From IMG/VR virus record IMGVR_UViG_3300025435_000688, positions 1 through 28,333 of that record: a stretch of 28,333 nucleotides of DNA. The stretch is one strand, 5' to 3'. Shown here one piece after another: positions 1-9,800 of the stretch. The position numbers were made by a program, and so were the translations under genes. Under the pieces are notes generated by a model. The model ran no database searches and was not told where the DNA came from. It saw nothing but the letters and a program-made list of their open reading frames with translations. This stretch comes from a virus (lineage: Duplodnaviria > Caudoviricetes). Within the stretch, counting starts at the first letter, position 1. Each line of letters begins with the position of its first letter.

Positions 1-2
1 AC

Positions 3-3000
3 ATACAGTACATACCAGTAACTACGATTTCTAGGACTAGTGGAATAGCCACCGTAGTCACCAAATATCCACATTATCTAGACAACACATCTACAGTTAA
101 TATAATTGGTTTGACTACTAGCACCGATAGCAATCCAGGATTCAATGCTACAAACGCAGCAGTAACATTCATAGATGAATATCGATTCACTTATACCAAT
201 GCAGGATCCGATGTAGCCCCTACTACTGCCATAAGCGGTGTAGTGCAGCAGTCTACTTCGTTTGCTGTAACTTCGATATCAAGAAGCAATGGAATCGCGA
301 CAGTAACTACGTCATCTGCGCACGGTTTGAGCCCAGGAGATGCTATAAGCATAGTTGATACTGATTTCAATCTAGTAATATACGGAACGTCTAGTTCCAA
401 TAATTCAATAACTATCACACTTAATTATAGTGACGGCGGTGATAGATATTCTATCACTAATACCACCAGTGGGTTAGCAGTAGGCATGCCTATAGTATTC
501 ACAGGTGCCGGGTTAGTTGGCACCAATATCGTAAATGGTACTACTTATTATATTAAATCATTAGTTGGTACTACAGCTATCACTATAAGCACAACTCCTC
601 CAACAGGTGCGTTTACTACGTTCATATTAGGTAATGTAGTTAATGCAGCAGCGACAGCAACGGCAGGTTACGGTTTTGGGATCTTAAATGTTAATCTGTT
701 ATCAGCGAGCGGTAACACGCTTACATATGAAAACCTAGCACCAAACCAAACAAGTGTAGGAACATTGACTCTAGCTAAGGCTATACCAATAAATCCAGTG
801 ATAGCTAGGATAACGCTTTATATTTCTCTCACAAGAGTAACTGGACACGATTTCTTATCTATTGGTACGGGCGGTTTCGCAGATACCAAATATCCAAACA
901 ATATATATGGTGCTCCAAAGAATAGCTCTCAAACAGCAAACGAAGTTACAGAAATAGGCAATGGTAGATGTTTCTACGTTAGCACTGATCAAAATGGTAA
1001 CTTTAGAGTAGGTCAATATTTCTCCGTAGATCAAGGAACAGGTGTTGTTAAGTTCGCGGCCAGTATAGTGCTCACTAATCTAGATGGTCTAGGATTTAAA
1101 CGCGGTGTTGCTATATCATCATTTAGTGCAGACGATACTATGCTAGACGATGCTATCGACGAAGTGCCAACACAGTCTGCCGTAGTAGGATATGTAAATC
1201 GTCGATTAGGAATAAATCCAAGCGGCGTCGCGCTAACACTAGGACAGATAGGTCCTGGATTTATGCCATTAAATGGCGTAGTACCGATGGCTGCAAATCT
1301 AGATATCGGTAGCCATAGGATCGTTAATCTATCAGACCCCGTTTCTAATAGTGATGCCGCTACTAAAGCATTCGTTAACTCGTCAATAGCTAGCTTATTA
1401 TCAACTGCTGGTGGTACAATGACCGGCAACTTAAATATGGGCGGTAAAAATATCACAAACGTTGGCGGATTAGACATGGCTAGTAACAAGATCACTAGCC
1501 TAGCTACGCCCACTGCATCAACTGATGCTGCTAACAAATCATATGTAGATACTACTGTATCTTCTGTGAATACTCTGTATAAATTAAATGATACTGCCAT
1601 AGAAGCTACTCTAAGCTACACTGCATCTAGTGCAGCAGCACCAACGGGATCGGGACCTTATATCGTAGTGTTCGCTATTCCTACACAGTCTGTAGCACCG
1701 ACTACAGGTATAGGATATACAGTATCTGGCAATAGCAATAGTTTATATAATATATCAGTTACAGCTACAGCAAGCACTGTTTCATCTATCACACTAAGCT
1801 ATCCTACAAATCCAGGAGCTTACGGAACAGGAACCACTACATTAACAACAAGTGGCTTAGCTAATGGAGATATTTTAGCTTGGAATGGCTCAGTTTGGGT
1901 GAATGCTGCACAATCAGGAAGCACTAGCTCAACATTCCAATCGATAGCTATAGCACAGATATCCAGAGCAAGCAATATAGCAACTGCGGTAACAGTTAGC
2001 GCACACGGATTAAACACAGGCGACAGAGTGACGATTGTTGGATTAGTCAGTAATAACAACACCGTTCCAGGTTTCAATGGCAGTTATGTTATAACTAGGG
2101 TCGATACTGTTACCTTTACGTATCTAAATTATGGTTCTGATTTTGCTAATGCGACAGCAGTAACAGGCACAGCTTTAGCTACATCTGGAACTAATAATTT
2201 CGTATTATTATCTTCTACGCTAAACATTTCTGTAAATTCTCCGATAGTCTTCACAGGTAGCACTATAGGAAATATCCTAGCTAAACAGCAGTATTGGGTG
2301 AAGAGCATAACTACACAGACAGTTATACCTATAGCAGAAGTAGCTAAATCTGGATATACAGTTACTATCAATACAGGTGCAGTACCATTTACACTAAATT
2401 CGTTTACTAGCAAGATACTACAAGGCGATAATACCTATAGAGTTACATTTGCGATTAACGTTAATCCGGCGCCGGCAGCCGGTGTTAGCTATCTAATCCT
2501 CGGTAACAGTAACTCAAACTACAATGGTACTTTTGTAGCATACAGCGCAAGCACTGTTAGTATAACACTAACATATCCAACAGATCCTGGCGTCTACGGT
2601 GTAGGTACTACTACAGCACAATATCTAGCACCACACGGATTAACGAATGGTCAGGTAGTCACTATAAGTGGAACGAGTATAGTTGACCAAACAAACGCTA
2701 CTGTAACTGTAATAAACGGAACACAATTTACTTACACACAGAGTACTTCTGCTACTATAACAGGTACTATTGTTACAGGTATCGCTACACCACAACCACA
2801 GATAACCTTATCGTCAACTCCTGGAGGAGCTGTAATAACACAAGTAGCAGCTAGCGGCACTATGTCTTTCACAGCTGTAGTTGATGGATTTGCACAGATA
2901 TTCAGCAATTCGATCAACAGTGGTGTGATAACCAACAGCATGATAAGTGCAATCGCTGCTATTGACCAAAGCAAGCTTAACCTTTCAAAGGCAACTGCGG

Positions 3001-4292
3001 GGTTAAACACAGGACCGAGCCCAGTAACGTTTGGTATAGCTGCATTTAGCAGCAATAATTTCACTGCAAGCAGCGGATTTATCAGTCTAGCATCTAATGG
3101 TATAACTTTATCAAACCTAGCAGCTATAAACTCAGGAAACGTATTAGGTAACATCAGTGGATCGACAGGAAATGTTAATAGCGTACCAGTAGATACCGCA
3201 TCAACTGCTAATACGCTAGTATTAAGAGATAGTAGTGGAAACTTCAGCGCAGGCATTATTACTGCTTCACTAAGTGGTAATGCTTCAACAGCCACTAATT
3301 TAGCTGGAACACAACAGCCAAATTATTTCTATGCAGGTCCAGCAAGCGGGACTACTCCTAATTCCGCTGGATGGAGGAGCATAGTAGCAGCCGATCTACC
3401 AACAGCTATAGCAGGTACAAGCGGTACAGGGTCTAAGGGAGCAGTCATACCAGACGGTTCAACTATAACTATCACTAACGGTGTTATAAGTTCGATAACA
3501 GGAGCCGCTGCTGCTGGATCACTGACTGGTGCTACATTAGCAAGCAATGTATTGGCTTCTAGCTTAACTAGTGTCGGAACATTGAGCTCGGTATTAATAA
3601 CGGGCAATGTTGGTATTGGAACTACTTCTCCTCAGAGGAAAGTAGATATTGAACAACTTAGTACCGATTATCAAATGAGAATTGGAGATACTGGTGGAAA
3701 TTATTATGATATAGGTAGAAATACCACCGATGGGTTATTACATTTTTACGGTAACCAGGCCGCAGCAAGTGGATATGTGTTTGATACTGTGAATGGCGAA
3801 CGTATGCGCATCAACTCCAGCGGTAGCGTTCTCCCTGGCGCAAACAATACACAAAATCTAGGTAGCAGTAGCCTCTCTTGGGGTACCGTTTATGGTAACG
3901 CAACTTCAGCTAACTACGCTGACTTGGCCGAAAATTACGAAGGCGACAAGTCTTATGAAGTAGGCACCGTAGTTATGATCGGTGGTGAGAAAGAAGTCAC
4001 GCAGGCCATAGGATTTGGTACTACAAAGGTAGCAGGTGTTGTTTCTGAAAATCCAGCACATTTAATGAACGCAAACTGTCCAGGTATAAAAGTTCCAGTC
4101 GCACTAACAGGACGAGTACCTTGTAAGGTAGTTGGTAAGATTGCCAAGGGTGATCTACTAGTAGTAGGACTTGTGCCAGGAGTAGCACAGTCTAGCACTG
4201 ATCCAAAACCAGGCAGTATCATAGGTAAGGCATTGGCAGATTATGATAGCGATAGGATTGGATTAATTGAGGTGCTAGTAGGTAAGCATTGA
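3..4292 (+). CDS. Giant modular tail fibre/adhesin-like structural protein, 5'-truncated; repeated beta modules plus C-terminal intramolecular-chaperone (peptidase G2/IMC-like) domain
   Basis: Frame is open from position 3 (IQYIPVTTISRTSGIATVVTKYPHYL...), so the TTG at 111 is not the start. Thr/Ser/Gly-rich, repeated ISRxxxIATxxTxxxHGL modules, DAATKxxV fibre motifs, GNVGIGTTSP motif, C-terminal ADLAENY...VAGVVS...VALTGRVPCKV...IIGKAL. Confidence 0.8.
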   Translation: MQYIPVTTISRTSGIATVVTKYPHYLDNTSTVNIIGLTTSTDSNPGFNATNAAVTFIDEYRFTYTNAGSDVAPTTAISGVVQQSTSFAVTSISRSNGIATVTTSSAHGLSPGDAISIVDTDFNLVIYGTSSSNNSITITLNYSDGGDRYSITNTTSGLAVGMPIVFTGAGLVGTNIVNGTTYYIKSLVGTTAITISTTPPTGAFTTFILGNVVNAAATATAGYGFGILNVNLLSASGNTLTYENLAPNQTSVGTLTLAKAIPINPVIARITLYISLTRVTGHDFLSIGTGGFADTKYPNNIYGAPKNSSQTANEVTEIGNGRCFYVSTDQNGNFRVGQYFSVDQGTGVVKFAASIVLTNLDGLGFKRGVAISSFSADDTMLDDAIDEVPTQSAVVGYVNRRLGINPSGVALTLGQIGPGFMPLNGVVPMAANLDIGSHRIVNLSDPVSNSDAATKAFVNSSIASLLSTAGGTMTGNLNMGGKNITNVGGLDMASNKITSLATPTASTDAANKSYVDTTVSSVNTLYKLNDTAIEATLSYTASSAAAPTGSGPYIVVFAIPTQSVAPTTGIGYTVSGNSNSLYNISVTATASTVSSITLSYPTNPGAYGTGTTTLTTSGLANGDILAWNGSVWVNAAQSGSTSSTFQSIAIAQISRASNIATAVTVSAHGLNTGDRVTIVGLVSNNNTVPGFNGSYVITRVDTVTFTYLNYGSDFANATAVTGTALATSGTNNFVLLSSTLNISVNSPIVFTGSTIGNILAKQQYWVKSITTQTVIPIAEVAKSGYTVTINTGAVPFTLNSFTSKILQGDNTYRVTFAINVNPAPAAGVSYLILGNSNSNYNGTFVAYSASTVSITLTYPTDPGVYGVGTTTAQYLAPHGLTNGQVVTISGTSIVDQTNATVTVINGTQFTYTQSTSATITGTIVTGIATPQPQITLSSTPGGAVITQVAASGTMSFTAVVDGFAQIFSNSINSGVITNSMISAIAAIDQSKLNLSKATAGLNTGPSPVTFGIAAFSSNNFTASSGFISLASNGITLSNLAAINSGNVLGNISGSTGNVNSVPVDTASTANTLVLRDSSGNFSAGIITASLSGNASTATNLAGTQQPNYFYAGPASGTTPNSAGWRSIVAADLPTAIAGTSGTGSKGAVIPDGSTITITNGVISSITGAAAAGSLTGATLASNVLASSLTSVGTLSSVLITGNVGIGTTSPQRKVDIEQLSTDYQMRIGDTGGNYYDIGRNTTDGLLHFYGNQAAASGYVFDTVNGERMRINSSGSVLPGANNTQNLGSSSLSWGTVYGNATSANYADLAENYEGDKSYEVGTVVMIGGEKEVTQAIGFGTTKVAGVVSENPAHLMNANCPGIKVPVALTGRVPCKVVGKIAKGDLLVVGLVPGVAQSSTDPKPGSIIGKALADYDSDRIGLIEVLVGKH

Positions 4293-4297
4293 TCTAC

Positions 4298-4305
4298 TAT
4301 AAATA
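4298..4305 (+). promoter_or_regulatory. T4-type late promoter TATAAATA
   Basis: Exact T4 gp55 late consensus in the 32-bp intergenic gap, followed by AAGGAG RBS and ATG 4325. Confidence 0.75.
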
Positions 4306-4324
4306 TTAACAAGGAGATCGATCA

Positions 4325-5629
4325 ATGTCTTTAGAATTAGTAAATGTTGGAAATGTTGTAAATGATGGCACAGGTGACGATCTCTATGCCGCATTTACTA
4401 AAGTTAACAACAATTTCCAACATTTGGATTTCGTTAACGCACAAAATAACACAGCTTCAAATTTAGGAGCTGGCGTAGGACTATATGCAACTAAACTAGG
4501 GAGTGATCTCAGATTTAAAAGCCTAGTAGCCGATACTGGTATAACGATTACTGGTGAAGCCAACGATATAAAAATTCGAGGTACTAATAGCGTTGGCGTT
4601 ATAGTAGGAGATACGGGAACATATACTGCTTCAGCTCCATTAAGCAGTATTAATTTCCGTGGTAGTGGTGGTATAACAGTTAGTGTTTCAGGAAATACTA
4701 TAACATTTAATCAGTCATTGCGTGTATCTAGTGATCCCAATCCTAGCCTAGGTGGTAATCTAAATCTCAACAACCATAATATAAGTGGCACAGGTACTAT
4801 AACTGCTAGCTCATTTACTGGAACGTTGACAGGAAATGTTACAGGTAATATTACAGGTAATGTTACAGGAAACCTAACTGGTTTAGTCAATAATATCAAT
4901 GTAGCACAGCTTGCTAAACAAACAAGAGATTTTGATTTTGGCCCTATTGCTCCATATAATATAAATCCCCAAGACGATTTCATCGATTGGTTGAAATACA
5001 ATATAAAAATAGACTTAGGATCATTTAATGATCCAATGACTACTATAGGAAATGGTACAGGCGGCGGCAGTAGCACCCAAGTAAATGCAGATTGGAATGC
5101 AGTCTCAGGAGTAGCTGCTATCTTAAACAAACCATCTATACCTAGTCCATATTCTTTACCAACTGCAACACCTTCCACGCTAGGTGGAGTTAAGGTCGAT
5201 AATAAAACTATCGTGATAGATGGCGCGGGTATTATAAGCACTCCAGGATTAGGTTCTAGGACAACAGTTTCAGTAGTTACTAGTTCTCTCGCAGCGGGTG
5301 CAAGCACTATTGCATACGTAACAGTTGGAAAAAGCTATGTTCTTTATAGCATAGGTACCTCTTCAGCAGCTTGGGTCGTAGTATATGCAAATACAGCTAC
5401 GAGTTCGGCAGATAGTACTAGGATGATCACTACAGATCCTACACCAGGATCAGGTGTGATGGCAGAAGGTATCACTACATCAAATAGCACTCAATATTTT
5501 ACCCCAGCGGTAGTATGTTACAATAACGAATCACCTGTAACGACTAGCATACCTCTGAAGATCTATAACAATGGAAATAGTCCAGCAGCTATCACAGTTA
5601 CCTTGACCTACATGGTATTAGAAATATAA
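4325..5629 (+). CDS. Baseplate wedge/tail-fibre connector-like protein (T4 gp9/gp10-type N-terminus)
   Basis: N-terminal VNVGNVVNDGTGDDLYAAFTKVNNNF matches the gp9/gp10-type motif; also GNVT repeats, ADWNA...ILNKP and LPTAT..TLGGVKVD fibre motifs. Confidence 0.7.
   Translation: MSLELVNVGNVVNDGTGDDLYAAFTKVNNNFQHLDFVNAQNNTASNLGAGVGLYATKLGSDLRFKSLVADTGITITGEANDIKIRGTNSVGVIVGDTGTYTASAPLSSINFRGSGGITVSVSGNTITFNQSLRVSSDPNPSLGGNLNLNNHNISGTGTITASSFTGTLTGNVTGNITGNVTGNLTGLVNNINVAQLAKQTRDFDFGPIAPYNINPQDDFIDWLKYNIKIDLGSFNDPMTTIGNGTGGGSSTQVNADWNAVSGVAAILNKPSIPSPYSLPTATPSTLGGVKVDNKTIVIDGAGIISTPGLGSRTTVSVVTSSLAAGASTIAYVTVGKSYVLYSIGTSSAAWVVVYANTATSSADSTRMITTDPTPGSGVMAEGITTSNSTQYFTPAVVCYNNESPVTTSIPLKIYNNGNSPAAITVTLTYMVLEI
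4829..4876 (+). repeat. 12-bp coding tandem repeat (TGNV/TGNI/TGNV/TGNL)
   Basis: acaggaaatgtt acaggtaatatt acaggtaatgtt acaggaaaccta. Confidence 0.85.
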
Positions 5630-5630
5630 T

Positions 5631-6854
5631 ATGGATTCTAACAGAACATTATTAAAACAAATAGAGTTAGCTGATCCTATAACAGGAGCGATACCTACTT
5701 CTATTCCATATCCGGGACTGCTCACCCCGCCACAGATAGCTAAAGCATATAATCTACCTAACGCGACAGGTTACGGAGTAAAGATAGGTATCATTAGCCT
5801 AGGTGGTGGATTTTTACAGAACGATCTTAACTTGGCATTTAATGATTTACGTAATGCCGGATTGGTGAACGGAGCCACTCCTACTATAAAAAAAGTAGTA
5901 TTAGATGGTGTGAGTGGAATATTTGATCCAAATGACGGAGCTAGTGGTGAAAATACTGTAGATATTTTTTGCACTGCTACTATGGCTCCTGCTGCTGATA
6001 TTACCATTTATATTGGAGGTTCGTGGGAAAGCCCAATAAATCAAGCGATAGCAGATGGTTGTCATATTTTAACTATCAGTTGGGCAACAAGCGAGTCTAC
6101 ATTTTTAGAATCTATATTTGAAACTGCTGCTGCTAACAAGATAGCAGTTTGTGTAGCGTCTGGTGACTGGGGTTCGATTTTTCCGTATACAGGTTCGCTA
6201 TCTGTTTGTTATCCGTCGTCTAGTCCTAATGTTATATCGATCGGTGGAACAAAACTGTTATTAAACAGCAACAACACAAGGGCAAGCGAAATAGATGACG
6301 ATCGAGATCCAAACTTCGGTTCTACTTGGGGCGGTGGTGGTGGCATAAGCACGCTATTCTCACTACCTTCATGGCAAACAGGATTACACTACACACCAAT
6401 AACGGGCGGAGTGACCGGTAGTCCTACTCCATTAACTATGAGAGGTCTACCAGATATCTCAGCACCTATGAGTGTTTATGCTTTGTATTTTAATGGGGGG
6501 TTAGCAGGCTTTGGCGGAACTAGCCTGGCGAGCCCAGTAGTAGCGGGCATACTTGCTCGATTCCAACAGCTAACTGGTGTGCAGAGATCTAGCAGCGAAT
6601 ATAATACAATATTTTACTCTAATCCTAATGCATTTTATGATATAACAGTAGGAACTAATAATACGGAGATATCTGATGGATATGCAGGAACCGTAGGTTG
6701 GGATGCTGTCACTGGACTCGGAGCACCTACAGGATCCAGCATTTATAAAGCAATACATATAGGTAATACTTTTCCAAAATCAAATAGAGGATTCAGGCCA
6801 GCAGCTGGACAAGCATATCCTCGAATCAGAATGTTCGCAGGCGTATCTAGATAA
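5631..6854 (+). CDS. Sedolisin/kumamolisin-like serine-carboxyl peptidase (S53), catalytic domain only
   Basis: E107-x3-D111 (GENTVDI), oxyanion Asp in SGDWG, catalytic Ser in GGTSLASP, Ca-site DITVGTN...GWDAVTGLG. Confidence 0.88.
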   Translation: MDSNRTLLKQIELADPITGAIPTSIPYPGLLTPPQIAKAYNLPNATGYGVKIGIISLGGGFLQNDLNLAFNDLRNAGLVNGATPTIKKVVLDGVSGIFDPNDGASGENTVDIFCTATMAPAADITIYIGGSWESPINQAIADGCHILTISWATSESTFLESIFETAAANKIAVCVASGDWGSIFPYTGSLSVCYPSSSPNVISIGGTKLLLNSNNTRASEIDDDRDPNFGSTWGGGGGISTLFSLPSWQTGLHYTPITGGVTGSPTPLTMRGLPDISAPMSVYALYFNGGLAGFGGTSLASPVVAGILARFQQLTGVQRSSSEYNTIFYSNPNAFYDITVGTNNTEISDGYAGTVGWDAVTGLGAPTGSSIYKAIHIGNTFPKSNRGFRPAAGQAYPRIRMFAGVSR

Positions 6855-6862
6855 GATATTAC

Positions 6863-6870
6863 GATAAATA
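6863..6870 (+). promoter_or_regulatory. Late promoter-like GATAAATA
   Basis: Intergenic, 17 nt before ATG 6888; same TAAATA core as at the other structural genes. Confidence 0.6.
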
Positions 6871-6887
6871 TTGCATAGGATAGCAAT

Positions 6888-9800
6888 ATGACAGATAAAC
6901 CTTTATGGAACATTAAATCAGAAACAGTCTTGGCAACTATATATGCCGGAGTCGCAGTTAATTTACCTCTACCGGTAACTAATCCACCAGTAGAGCAAAC
7001 AGCACCGTATCCTCCGCATAACGTACCTGTGGAAATTTACAAATTTACAGATTATAAAAATGCCAACATTGCATCTGCCCATACAAACAGATTCCAAGGA
7101 AATGCTACAGCATTCGCTGACATTAATGATCTGTATGTGAGCAGCAACGGATTACCTGCAACTACACCAGCAAGCTCTAATTATAGTCTATATATTGCTA
7201 CTGCTACAAATTATGTTTTTCGAATCCCTAGACAGAGGAACATACAAGATACAAAAAATCCTATAATGACGCAACAGTCTATAGGAGTAGCTATCGACGG
7301 GGTTCCGTTTTGTGCTCCTAGGTCCGGAAAGACACACAATTTCAATAATGTTATCTATACAGAAAATGATATATTAAATCCTGTAAATTTCCCTACATCG
7401 GACGGATCAGCGTTAGTAGGAGCAGATGGTGCGTATTTTTATAATTCAGATCCTAAATTACTCTACACTAAAAATCCAGAACAGCACAGTCCAATAATAG
7501 GATATGCATTTGACGGGTGGCCTATTTACGGACCTTACGGATTTACTAATACTAACGGTACTGGTGGAATATCATTAATGACTTCCAGCTATCAATTGAA
7601 GACGAGTTTGAGATCAAACAACACTGATCCCGATGGCACTTATATAGAAGACTACCTATATGTAGAAGGGTCGGGTACACTTGATCGATATAACGGTAGA
7701 GATTGCATAACTCCCGAATATCCAAACGGGGTATATGCATATTTTGTTACTGTTAATCCCTATAATACCAACGAACCTGTTTATCCATATATAATAGGAC
7801 CTTATTATAAAAGCAAGCCTGTTAAACCAAATGGCAATTTTACCTATCCCGGTAGTTTGACTATTTCGGTTATAAGTGCCGAGTTGCCCCCTGGGCTGAG
7901 GATAAGTGGAACTAATGTAGTCGGGACTGCTTATTCTATAAAAGTCGATACTAAATTCAAATTCGTTTTGAGGGCACAGAATAGCATAGGATTCTCAGAT
8001 AAAACACTGGTTATCGCTGTCACTGCTCAATCTGGTTTGCTTTGGGAAACCCCAGCAGGTTCTCTCCCAGTAGGTAATAACAAACTATTTCCCATACCTG
8101 TTCAATTTGATCCTAATAGATTAGGCCCTGATCTAAAATTAAGCAATTATAATCTAACTGTTTCTGCACCTAAGCCTATCACTGATGGTAGTGAACCTAG
8201 CGCACTATGCACTTATAACATATTAAACGGTGTCAAGGTGATTTTTAGCGTCATAGTAGATAAAGCGGTTAAAGATGCATTTACTGGAATCGGTATAGCA
8301 GGAGCAGGAATGAATCTAACTACTTGGGTAGGTAATACTATCGATAGTTTTGGATTCTGGGACGATGGGTCCGCATACGGAAACGACAATAACATCTACT
8401 ACCCAGCAGGAACTTTTCCTATCATATATGGAGGCGATATAGTTGACCTAGCAGTTGATAGGCAGAACAATCTCATCTGGATGAGGGTAAATGGTGGAAG
8501 TTGGAATGGCGATGCTTCGCAAGATCCTGTAACGGCAACAGGTGGTATCGATATTTCGTTTATGACCGCGGCTGTTTTTTATCCAGCCGTTAGTCCATAT
8601 AACAATGGATCAAGTGCAGGTCAGTTTACAGTAAAGCAATTACCTAGTTATAATATACCTTATGGATATATATTTGTCGGAAACGAAGTCATAGGTGACG
8701 TTTACTATGTATTAGACAATGGATATGTTAATTATCAGCTATCAGCTGTTGACAAAAACCTAGCACTTTCGCAAGATCTAAAATTCTACATACCTCCCAA
8801 CGGTGGTTATTTACCTGGCGGACTAACCTTGAGCTCGAGCGGAGTGATATCTGGATTTACTAAACCTGTATTTTCAGTTATATCAAGCAATGTCAACGGA
8901 AACTACGACGAGAACTTTTATGATGTATCAGCGTATGATTACGGTATACCACCAAACAACGGGTTTGATAGCTTCATATATGATATTGAAAATTACGATT
9001 TTTATTACAATATCAACATACCTAAAAAACTAAACAGATATTATCAATTTATAATCAGGGCAACTGATGGATATTATTACGAAGATAGAAAATTTAAGAT
9101 ATATGTAGTAGGCGACGATCATCTACGTGCAGATACTACATTAATACAAGCGGGTGCTAACATCTATAGAGCAGATGCCACTTATCTGAGGAAACCAATC
9201 TGGTTAACTCCAAACTTCCTAGGAACTAGGCGAGCCAATAATTATGTAACTATACCTACTAACATTTACATATCTGATAGTATAGTGGGAGTAATAACCT
9301 ATATTTTAGATCGTACTAACGACGACGGATCTATCAGCAGATTACCTCCCGGACTTGAGCTAGATGAACAGACAGGAACTATATACGGATCTATACCATA
9401 TCAGCCTGCTATATCACAGACTTACAAATTCACCATAAGAGCATATAGGTATGATCCAATAAAGGGAGACACTGTAGATACTCCTAGGACATTTACCCTA
9501 GATGTGATAGGTGAAGTAGAATCTATCATATCATTTACCACTAGCGGAGATATAGGTACGATAAATGCACAGTTGGTCAGCAATCTTAGTGTATCGGCGA
9601 CTACTAAAATACAAAATACCACATTAGTTTATACATTAGTTAATGGTAAATTACCACCAGGATTAACATTATTCAATGATGGAACCATTCAAGGAAAAAT
9701 AAATCAATTTTATAATCCTTCGATCGGTCTTGGATTGACTACGATAGATATGGGAACTGCTACATTTGATCATAGCACTACTCGTTTAGATAGACAATTT

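Noticed and set aside
111-113. TTG start for the tail fibre
   Set aside because: Frame is open to the window edge and encodes another repeat module upstream.
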